This document shows, one piece after another, positions 47,697 to 57,332 of a stretch of DNA of 64,000 bases. The DNA lies in assembly GCA_004764695.1 (NCBI GenBank), contig SMSO01000025.1, positions 4,814,862 to 4,878,861 of the forward strand. Reading direction: 5' to 3'. The position numbers and the translations under genes are program-made. Positions within the stretch are counted from its first letter, which is position 1, and each line of letters starts with the position of its first letter. The notes beneath the pieces were generated by a model. The model was given only the letters and a program-made list of their open reading frames with translations, had not been told where the DNA came from and searched no databases. The DNA comes from Schizochytrium sp. TIO01 (lineage: Eukaryota; Protista; Bigyra: Labyrinthulomycetes).

Positions 47697-48677
47697 CTAT
47701 GGATTTGAGATCGTTTCCTCAATAAACTCTTGGACTGCTTGGAGGATCTGAGGACCCCCTAGCTCGTGACCACCGCCGTGGGCTTCATAGCGTACCTTCA
47801 CACCGTTGCTTGAAAGAAGCTCCTTCACCCAGCCCGAAGCCTGGAAAGGCAAGACCATATCGGATCTACCGTGTGTGATAAGAACGCGAAGGTCGTGCTC
47901 CTTGCTCGCTTTACTAAGCTTGTCGTGCCATTCATCTACAACAATAGGAGCCCCTGAGAACATCATCACGCCATGCACGCGGCGATCGCCAACGAGTTGC
48001 CAGCTTAAGTCAGCAGCAGTCATCGCACCTTGGCTAAAACCGCCAATAAGGAGGGGAACATCATGTGAGGAAAATCTTGTCTCGATAGCCTGAATCATTG
48101 TTTTCAGGTTTGCGCGAGCATCATCGAGTCCATTTGGTTTATCGCGAATCAGACGCGCAATCCCTTGTTCTCCCATTTGCATAGCGCCAACCCAGCGCAT
48201 AACATCAATCTCCCACCAAGCGGCAGCGCCCATTGAAGTCATGCTCACAGGGGCTTGAGGGAAAACAAACATAAGCTTGCGTTGGGGAAGACGCCTGGCC
48301 ATTTCATTGGCAAGTGGCACAAAGTCGGTATTTTGCGCATTAAAGCCGTGCATGATCACAAGAATCGCATCCAACTTAGCAGTATCATGATGACCCACTA
48401 GAAGGCATTCATACGCTCCAACCTTTTCTGCTTTGGTTTGCCAACTCCCGTTTGCATCTTTCGAGCTTGCAGTTGAAGAAGACGCACTTGCGGTACCTGT
48501 TTCTTTGTCTCCGTTCAAAGAGCTCCCACGTTGCTGCACAAGCTCGTGTGCCTCCACCGCACGAGCTATCAGATCAGCCTTTTCAACACATCCTTGTGTT
48601 GACAAACCTGCACTGGCGATAAGCGCCTTCAGCTCCTTTACAGACAACGTGGCAATGTTTTCGACACTACCCTCCAT
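47697..48677 (-). CDS. Phospholipase/carboxylesterase (acyl-protein thioesterase-like, Abhydrolase_2) with an N-terminal SAP-like helical domain
   Basis: MHGF oxyanion motif, FVFPQAP, AWW, nucleophile GGFSQGAM, HGRSD (Asp) and GGGHE (His); N-terminal LSVKELKALIASAGLSTQGCVEKADLIARA. Confidence 0.9.
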   Translation of the reverse strand: MEGSVENIATLSVKELKALIASAGLSTQGCVEKADLIARAVEAHELVQQRGSSLNGDKETGTASASSSTASSKDANGSWQTKAEKVGAYECLLVGHHDTAKLDAILVIMHGFNAQNTDFVPLANEMARRLPQRKLMFVFPQAPVSMTSMGAAAWWEIDVMRWVGAMQMGEQGIARLIRDKPNGLDDARANLKTMIQAIETRFSSHDVPLLIGGFSQGAMTAADLSWQLVGDRRVHGVMMFSGAPIVVDEWHDKLSKASKEHDLRVLITHGRSDMVLPFQASGWVKELLSSNGVKVRYEAHGGGHELGGPQILQAVQEFIEETISNP

Positions 48678-50209
48678 TCTGTCAATTCTCTCAGTCTATT
48701 TTATTGCACCAGTTCGCGTTTTGATAATATGCGTCTGCCTGGTGACGTTAGTTGACTGTCTGCTTGCTCAGCACCTTGCTTTTCGACATCAGAGATACAA
48801 CCTACACCTACTACGTAGTAGTACCAAGGTGGGTTCTTCTAGATTATTCCGTATGTACGCTGATATATCTACTTGAGTTTTTGGTAAAACGATTCGGATA
48901 AGTGATTTTATTTAATTTTATAAATAAAAGTCACTGCCTGATATTTTGATGACGAAACTTTGAGAAGTAGAAACAAAAAGAAAGAAAGGGAGAATAATCT
49001 AGGAGGAAAGACACAGAGAAGCAGAGCTCTGGGCACCTGCAGCTGTGCACTATGAATTACTTTTTCAACTAAATTAATCTAATCTACTCGGGATTTGACC
49101 TGAATTTGATAAGTAAATTCAACGAAAAGATTTCCTGCAATTCTAAACCCGCATTCTCACGAGTTATTGAGGACTGCGAGATTCTCGGTGCCCCAATCTT
49201 AGCTAGTTGATAAGTTGATAGACATACTTACTTGAACATCACAATCTTGTGATTCAATACTTGGCCAAACCCTAACAAGTTATCAAACAAGAAATTTAGC
49301 TATGGACATGAACCAAACTCTGTATCGCAAAGGAGGAAGATAAAGTATGGAGAAGCTCTCCGAATCATGTTGGGCGTCACTCCTCTTTAATGGTTGGCTG
49401 TTGTGCTCAAAGCGCCAGAATTAGGCTTTTCATAAAGTTGAGATATGATTAAGGCAAAACGAAGGCTCCCAGAATGGAACAACTTTTACGCTTGAAGGTA
49501 ACGCATTGCAATGATGGGTTGATTCAGAATTAGACACAAATCCTCAAGTAAATCAAGGCTCAGCTATCATATGCTTTTATATCTTATGTGAACAAAATGA
49601 ATTTCCCCTCTCCCCTGTTATTATATTTTCCATCTTCTAAAGAACATCTTAGTCAAGTATTTTAGTGGTTGCAACTCTTGCACATTTTGCCGCCTCCAAT
49701 AAACCTTAAATTTTGTAAGTAGTGAATATTATTATGCGCGGTGGTAAGACGTATAGACCTTAGTCAAGCTGAGCAGATTGTTTGATATGTGGGTTATTAG
49801 AGTTGAAGTTAGAGAACATGTGCCTCATAAATTCAACAATTATACATTCTATCCTTATGTACAGAAAATAGTCGTTATATATTATATAATGGGCCGAGAG
49901 AAACCGCATTCATGTTTCATGTCTTCCTCTTCGTATTGATATAAATTTATTCAAGCATGATGTTTGAGCTTGACGAACGGAACATGAAGTTTCTCAAAAT
50001 ATAACTATACTTTATTCGCCATAGGATGAAGCAAGTTCTCTGGAAAATCTCAGAGTCTTACAAGGCAGCCTGACTATTCTAAATCGACATGAATCTTTCG
50101 TCTTTGATATTTTCTCGAAGAACAAAACTATTTAACGGATTCGTTGACAATTTCCATCGGGCTTTGATAGCTTATCGTTGAATGGAAACTAAGTTAAATG
50201 AATATGATA

Positions 50210-50333
50210 ATCATATCATATCATATCATATATCATATCATATCATATCATATCATATCATATCATATCATATCATATCATATCATATCATATCATATCA
50301 TATCATATCATATCATATCATATCATATCATAT
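50210..50333. repeat. (ATATC)n pentanucleotide microsatellite, ~24 copies with one TA interruption
   Basis: Direct reading of the sequence; it generates the spurious HIISY-repeat ORF 50182..50415. Confidence 0.97.
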
Positions 50334-50675
50334 AAAGAGAGATTATTTTTCATTTTTTCAGTCACACATAGAAACAACTCAAGGAATAAAATCTCTGTTT
50401 TGCATCTTTACTTGATATCATAGTTCTTACTGCCTATCATGCAAAGGAAAGATGAACTTGATGATGTTCGCAAAACCTCAGATTGGCAATTAGGCTACTG
50501 TTTAATACATAAAGGTTGGTATTTGGAATTCTGCAACTATTTACCACCTCGTAACCGATTACAATGCTATATTTGAAGTTGCGGGTTGCTAAGAGGCGAA
50601 CTTGAAGGTTGTCAAACGTTCTAGCGACTTAGAAGAATATAGTTCAAGAAGCAACAAAAGAACAGTTCAAAATAC

Positions 50676-50757
50676 TGTTTCCCATCGGAATCGAGCCAAG
50701 ACCTTTTCAACTTACTTGTGACGTCCCACTTGAAGGACCACCGCTGAGACTTAGAAG
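50676..50757 (-). pseudogene. Possible degenerate tRNA remnant or tRNA-derived SINE head
   Basis: Minus strand has an A-box-like TAAGTCTCAGCGG and a 3' half AAAGGTCTTGGCTCGATTCCGATGGGAAACA with a near-consensus B-box and tRNA-Val-like end. The anticodon arm does not fold cleanly. Confidence 0.3.
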
Positions 50758-51734
50758 TTGATTGTACCTCCGGCCAGTATCATCGCAGTATCATCGCAGT
50801 TTCTTCCTGCTAGCACCAATACTGCAATGCGGCTATCAATTGATTGTGCCAGCTCGTTGCCTATCTAAAAGCTAGGTACCTACTCATATCGCAGATGGGC
50901 TCAACTCAATACACGCCGTGGAGAGAGACTAGCTCTGTCCTATGACCACCGTGACCATGATGCTGATGACTAAGGCGGTATGCTGGCTGTTCCGAGGAAA
51001 TTGGAAGCTAATCATTCACGCGCGTGCAACGCGTGCAATTAATTTCTCTACTACCAGCTAGTAGTAGTACATACTAATAGTAATAAATTATAACTAGGCG
51101 GGTACTTCCAAGAAGAACACAATGATTGAAATAAACAGAAAGCAAGACATAATGAAACAAGAAGAGCTTTGAAGAAGAAGCATTGGCAAGATCATATAGA
51201 AAAGTTTCTTCTAAATTTCGTTGATCTCATTATGGTTTGTACTTGTTTTAGCACATCATCTGCTTCAAAGCTACAGATTGGTTCGGTCATCATTTCCCCC
51301 CGTTTTATTTTCGCTTGATGTTTGGCTTGTTTGGGTTTGCTCGTTTGTGCATGCAAGGTGTTTTTCTCCCTTTGAAATAGCTTGTGTGTTGAAGGTGGTT
51401 GGTTCTCACAGCAATCGATTGTTCAAAACTTGAGATTCACTACCTACCGACCAACATTGAACCTGAACGCCAGCATGCATCTTTTTGACCAGTTTTTCGA
51501 GATCTTAACGGGGTAGTAAGTGCGATGAGGCGTCTACTTCTTTCCTTATAGATTTGCGAGTTGTCAATCTAAAGTCTCAAGTTGTGCCTCAACTTTTAAC
51601 GTTAGGTTGAGAAGAACAAAATACTCACTGTTATGTTTCCAGACTAACTCGATTACCTAATCGCTGCACGAGACTTGTACCTACCCACCCTGCTTACCTT
51701 ACTTATTCCCCATGCTGTATGCTGTATGTGGAAA

Positions 51735-51756
51735 GGTAGGTAGGTACCTACCTACC
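51735..51756. repeat. Perfect 22-bp palindrome GGTAGGTAGGTACCTACCTACC
   Basis: The sequence equals its own reverse complement; it lies in the divergent spacer between the esterase and myosin genes. Confidence 0.95.
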
Positions 51757-52945
51757 AACCTATTGTTGTTGCTGGGTAGCGAAGTAGAAATGTAGAAATC
51801 GTTTAAGCATCTACCCACTACTGCGTACCTACCTGTGTCCCTTTCAAGGCCTTTTCACGATTACCTTTGATTTGAACCAAAGTCGTTCTACTCGGTCCTA
51901 TTGTGTACCTACCATAACCCGCTAGCATTACGTGTTGCATCTCTTTTTTTAAATAGAAAAATTGAGCAAACCTCCTTTAATTTCAAGTTAGGTATTTCAA
52001 AAGTTATTTTTAGTTGGGTCGCTGCTGGGAATCCAGTACGGAGTGTGCCTACGATTGGCCCTTTCAGCTTGAGAAGCGCAGCAACTCCGAAGTAGGCAGA
52101 CAGACTTGCATTGGGTCGGTCTTCCCAACTTTTCCTCTCCTTCTCCTACTAATTGGTGACCGTCTTGACTTTTGCCTGCCTTTCTCGCGTGGAAACATTA
52201 AGGATTGCAAGGATTGATTTCAATCGCCCGGAGATTCGACGACTCACTAATACAAAAGTGAGCAAACCCAGCTGCAGAACAAAATTAAAGACTCAGTCAA
52301 GAGCCAAGCTTAAAGAAGGCGGGGCACGCCTCCTTTCTATTCTACCTGCAACTCATTCCTTGGTTGCTCGCCTGCGTGGTTGCTTGCCTGAGCACGAGTC
52401 AGTTCAGGACTGGTGAATGAGCAAGGCGAGTGCACGTGAGTGTGTGCATCTTCGCTGAGCTGCTTACATCGTGCCAAGACCGCAACCAGTCGAGGTAGTT
52501 CGCAGAAAGCGATCTCATTTGGGTACGTGTCTGCACATCTAGACCTCAACAGAGTGGACAGTATATTATTTCCAACCCTTTGAATACTTGTGTGGCTTTC
52601 TGTCTTCGTGCACAAGTTGTTTCGTCTTTGTAGTTAGCTCTTAGAGGTTGTTATTGCCTTCTGCTGGCCCTTTTGAATTACAAAGAGATAATCAGTTGGG
52701 AGACACCATCAACTTTGCCCCTCGTGAATCTCTGTGTGACATCCTTAGTGTTCACGTTTGGAAATCCTTGGTTTTCTGGGTCATTCTCAGCTTTTGATCT
52801 GAAGTCAATAATAAAACGAACACCAAGAGCAATTCATACTCAGCATCGAAAACACGAATATCTCTGCTGCTGACCTCACTTCGGGTCTGGTTTTCTCTTT
52901 ATAGCATAGACTGGGTTAAACTTTTCTTGAACGTCTTCTGCAACT

Positions 52946-55900
52946 ATGGGCCGTGGTGAGAGAGATCATCTCGAGGAAGGAGCCTCAGTGTGGGTTCGGG
53001 ACCCAGATGAGGCATGGGTTCGTGGTGTGCTTGCCGAACGACGTGTAGATGGACATGCTGTTGTGCGGACAGAGAGCGGGAAAAAAATCCACGCAGACCT
53101 CAAAGATATCGAATTTTGCTCTACCACACCGCGACAAGAAGTTAAAGTTGATGACCTCACTCAGCTCCCAGATTTGCACCAAGCGGCTCTGTTGAATACC
53201 TTGCACGTACGTTTCGAGGCAGACAAGATTTACACATTTTCTGGTGAGGTTCTTATTGCTGTGAACCCTTTCAAACGCATTCGCGGTCTTTATGAGCCCA
53301 AATCCATGACTAAATACATAAATGCGGGTGTAGGTGAGGTGGAACTTCTCGACCCCCATGCATATCGTGTCGCTGGTGCTGCGTATAGAGCTATGACAAC
53401 CTATAGTGGTCGTAACCAAAGTATTCTAGTGAGTGGCGAAAGTGGAGCTGGTAAAACCTATAACACAAAGGTCCTTCTCTCTTATCTCACCGTAGTTTCC
53501 TCCGGAGACCCAGCGCGCGGTCTCGATGAGCTCCGTACAAGCATAAAGCGGTCTTCAAAGCGCATGCCCAATAGTGTTGGTGCTAGTGTTGCACAGCGTG
53601 TTCTTGAAGCTAACCCACTCATGGAGGCATTTGGAAATGCGAAAACTCTCCGTAATGACAACTCATCGCGATTTGGAAAGCTAATCGAATTGGAATTTGA
53701 AAACAAATCAACACGTCTCATGGGTGCTGCAATTGATGTATATCTGTTAGAAAAGGCGCGCGTGGTTCATCAGCAAGACGGGGAGCGAAACTATCACATT
53801 TTCTACGAAATGGATGCTGGACTGACCGATGAAGAAAAAGATGAGCTGATCTTTCCTGAAATTCACTACTGTCGTTACATAGAGTCGTCAACATTCGAGC
53901 GTGCTGATATTGATGACCTTGCACAATGGAAACTCACAAGGGCGGCATTTGATATTTTAGGTTTTTCTGATGACGAACGCATACAGGTCCTTCGTGTTAT
54001 GTCCGCAGTCCTACATCTAGGAAATATCACTTTTGAATCGCACAACACTGATGGTGCGGAAGGCTCCAAGGTCTCATCTGCTTCGATGGACTCTGCAAAG
54101 GATTGTGCAATGCTTCTCGGGATCGAAGTCTCTGACTTAATTAAGGCATTGACCACACGTGGAATGAGCATTGGAGGAGGTGGATTTCTTGCTGCCCTTT
54201 CCTCTGCCGTCACGGAGACTCTAACCAAACAACATACAGTTTCTCAAGCCGAAGAAGCTCGAGAAGCTTTAGCGATGGCTCTTTATGAACGTACATTTGG
54301 ATGGATTGTGTGGCGCATCAATGAAGCAATTGGCGTTAGCACAAAGACCAGTCAAGCAGCACGCGCTGCTCGCAAATCTCGCGCGGCAAACAGCTTCCAG
54401 CTTACCTTAGGTCGTTCAAACGCGAACAACAAAGGGGAGACCCAATACTATAACGATCACTCTATTGGTGTGTTAGATATCTTCGGATTCGAGGTGTTTG
54501 CTTCTAATGGTTTCGAGCAGCTCATGATTAACTACACGAACGAGCGTTTGCAAAATCAATTCAACGAGCACATCTTCAAGCTTGAAGCAGCTTTGTTTGA
54601 ATCTGAAGGTTTGGATTGGTCCGTTATTGATTGGCCTGACAATCAACTTACTCTAGATATGATTGAGACACGTCCCATTGGATTATTGTCACTACTTGAT
54701 GAAACTTGTCTGATGGGCTCAGGAACCGACAAGGCTTTTGTATCTAAGTTGTACCAGAACCTTGCAAAGGGAAAATTTGCACCCGTTTTTAGTGCAGATC
54801 GCAACCAGCAGGTCCGCTACCAATTTGAAATAGCCCATTTTGCAGGGCCTGTCGTGTATAGCTCTGACAATTTTATTGCCAAGAATAAGAATGAGCTTCG
54901 GTCAGAAGCTGTGGATCTATTGCGCTCCTCTGACGATGCCTGGCTTTCAGTCTTGATGCCACCTGATGCTTCTGCAGCTGGAGGTGGTTCTGACGCACAA
55001 GAATATTTTAGCCAGCTATCAAAGAAGCCTAAAAATCTCAGAAGCAGTTTGCAGCGTCATCGACAGAACTCTCCTCAAAGCTCACGCCTCCAACAGAAAA
55101 CTGTGAGTAGCCATTTCCGAACTCAACTTTCGGTGGCTATAAATCACATCAACGCATCTCAGCCGCATTATATTCGCTGCATCAAGCCGAATGATCTTAA
55201 TGTTGAGAACGAGTTTGATCGTATTCGTGTTGAAGAACAGCTTGCCTACTCTGGTGTCCTTGAGGTTGTTCGCGTTGCACGGGCAGGCTATCCTACACGT
55301 TTTACCCTCAAAGAATTTGCAGATCGCTTCCACGTCCTAAGCGTTTCAAGGTCGTCGCATAAGCGCCACTCCAAAAGCAGGCGTCGACGATCATCTATTG
55401 CTGACCCTCGAAAAGTTTGTGAACGCATTGTCAAAACAGCCGGGTTGGAAGATATCATTGACTACCAAATTGGCTTTACAAAGGTTTTTCTTAAACCATA
55501 TGCGTATACTACCCTTGAACTTCGAAAAGCAGAAAAGATACTCAAATATGTCTTGATTCTGCAACGCAGCATCCGAGTTTATTTGCGCACCTATCGTGCT
55601 ACAAAGAAGGTGCGTGCTGCCAAAATCATTCAACGCAATTTTCGGGGTTATCGCGTTCGAAGGGAGGTGGGCGCCTTCCGCCAAGAACGCCGTTCCGCTA
55701 TTGCTATCCAACGTATAGCACGTGGTGTACTTGCTCGAAAGAGGGTCAAACCTCTTATTGCCAAACGTCTTGCTGACGATACACGCCGGCGCGAAAGCGC
55801 TGCAGCTCGTATCAAACGAGCGTATCGCCGTAAGGTACTTAAAGACCGCCTGCGCGAGATTCGAGAGGAGTCAGTACGGCAACGCAGCGCGATTATGCTT

Positions 55901-56713
55901 CAGAGCCTAGCTCGTGTCTTGAAAGCACAAAAGCTTGCGAACAACATGTATGCTGAACGTGTTACAGATGATGCTGCCCGAACCTTGCAAGGCCTTGCTC
56001 GAATTGTTGCAGCAAAGAAGACTCGCGAAATGCTCGAGCAAGAGCGTGACGAGGAAGAGGAAGAACAACCTAATTTATTCCTTCTCTATGTCGGACCTCT
56101 TGCTGTTTTATTCCTTTTCACGCAACCAGTTCTCATGCTTGGAGTCGCTGGTGTCCTTGCCGCAATGGTCGCAGGCGCCGGGATGGCGCTTGAAGCAGAA
56201 CAGCGTCAAAAACTCTTTCAGAAGGATGGTGCAAGATATACACGTCGAGCACGCAGACATCGTCGCAGGTACGGAGATTATGATGACAACGATGATGCTG
56301 ATTTATATGACGATGACGATGATTACTTGGATGGCGATGATGAAACTGTATCTGAGATATCTGATGATCTTGAGTTTTTCAACCAGAACAAAAATAGTAG
56401 TCGTAAGCTAACACAGCAACTAACCCGCCGCAAGGAGCCAATGCGATCCAAACCTGCGGCATCGAAACCCGCTCGTAGATCACCTATGTCATCTCTTAGG
56501 AGACTTACTTCATCTGGAGCCCTATCCCAGTCAGAGCGCAAAGCTTCGTTTGCTTCGCCACGAAAGGCCTCTGTTGCCTCTCGTAGACTTGTCCCAGCTA
56601 GGAAGGGCCTTTCATCTCAGAAAGATAGAATGAGTGCTTATGACGATTATGATGTATATTTCTCAGATCCTAAAAAGAAGCCAACTAGGCGTCTTCGTGG
56701 TGGTATTATTTGA
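52946..56713 (+). CDS. Unconventional myosin (SH3-like N-terminus, motor domain, several IQ motifs, hydrophobic segment in the tail)
   Basis: P-loop SGESGAGKT, EAFGNAKTLRNDNSSRFGK, switch II LDIFGFE, PHYIRCIKPND, converter YQIGFTKVFLK; IQ motifs ILQRSIRVY, IIQRNFRGY, AIQRIARGV, MLQSLARV and TLQGLARI. Confidence 0.97.
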   Translation: MGRGERDHLEEGASVWVRDPDEAWVRGVLAERRVDGHAVVRTESGKKIHADLKDIEFCSTTPRQEVKVDDLTQLPDLHQAALLNTLHVRFEADKIYTFSGEVLIAVNPFKRIRGLYEPKSMTKYINAGVGEVELLDPHAYRVAGAAYRAMTTYSGRNQSILVSGESGAGKTYNTKVLLSYLTVVSSGDPARGLDELRTSIKRSSKRMPNSVGASVAQRVLEANPLMEAFGNAKTLRNDNSSRFGKLIELEFENKSTRLMGAAIDVYLLEKARVVHQQDGERNYHIFYEMDAGLTDEEKDELIFPEIHYCRYIESSTFERADIDDLAQWKLTRAAFDILGFSDDERIQVLRVMSAVLHLGNITFESHNTDGAEGSKVSSASMDSAKDCAMLLGIEVSDLIKALTTRGMSIGGGGFLAALSSAVTETLTKQHTVSQAEEAREALAMALYERTFGWIVWRINEAIGVSTKTSQAARAARKSRAANSFQLTLGRSNANNKGETQYYNDHSIGVLDIFGFEVFASNGFEQLMINYTNERLQNQFNEHIFKLEAALFESEGLDWSVIDWPDNQLTLDMIETRPIGLLSLLDETCLMGSGTDKAFVSKLYQNLAKGKFAPVFSADRNQQVRYQFEIAHFAGPVVYSSDNFIAKNKNELRSEAVDLLRSSDDAWLSVLMPPDASAAGGGSDAQEYFSQLSKKPKNLRSSLQRHRQNSPQSSRLQQKTVSSHFRTQLSVAINHINASQPHYIRCIKPNDLNVENEFDRIRVEEQLAYSGVLEVVRVARAGYPTRFTLKEFADRFHVLSVSRSSHKRHSKSRRRRSSIADPRKVCERIVKTAGLEDIIDYQIGFTKVFLKPYAYTTLELRKAEKILKYVLILQRSIRVYLRTYRATKKVRAAKIIQRNFRGYRVRREVGAFRQERRSAIAIQRIARGVLARKRVKPLIAKRLADDTRRRESAAARIKRAYRRKVLKDRLREIREESVRQRSAIMLQSLARVLKAQKLANNMYAERVTDDAARTLQGLARIVAAKKTREMLEQERDEEEEEQPNLFLLYVGPLAVLFLFTQPVLMLGVAGVLAAMVAGAGMALEAEQRQKLFQKDGARYTRRARRHRRRYGDYDDNDDADLYDDDDDYLDGDDETVSEISDDLEFFNQNKNSSRKLTQQLTRRKEPMRSKPAASKPARRSPMSSLRRLTSSGALSQSERKASFASPRKASVASRRLVPARKGLSSQKDRMSAYDDYDVYFSDPKKKPTRRLRGGII

Positions 56714-57332
56714 GAAGTGTCAACATGCCTCTTCTAACTCTTTTGCTTTCTTTTTTGCATCTACTACTTGTCTATGATTCTCCTGGTTGAAGCAAATTCA
56801 ATGTCGAGTTTTAGTTTATTGAACTGTGGAACCAGTATTTAGTAGATCAATCACCATGCTGGAATTTTGGTGACTCTGAACAGTACACATACTTTCTTGA
56901 TTTTGTTATTTTAGCACTATATGTTTCAATTTGCTTACCTTCGTGTAACAACAAAAACCAATAAATACATTTAGTCAAATCTTGCTGTTTTTTTGTTTTT
57001 TTTATTGTTCGCAGTTTTTAAAAATGGCACCTTTTGCCATTTTACGTCTTATGTGGACAGAACACTCCACACCTTTCCTTCATGCAAATCGCTCTAAAGA
57101 TTACTTGCCATACGCTGAGTTGCCCTTTATATAATGTTGCGATACCTTGAAACGTGATTTCATCCGCAAAAAAACCTAAATTTTATTTGTTTCTATTAGT
57201 AAGAAACAGAAAAACTTGCTAAGCATATCTTGTAGGTGCACGATTGGATTGATAATATAACATATAACTATCTGCTTTAAATTTTACAATTATAATATGT
57301 TCGCCTACTGTAATATACGCCATAGATCAAAT

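Noticed and set aside
50182-50415. 77-aa ORF with HIISY repeats
   Set aside because: Translation of the (ATATC)n microsatellite.
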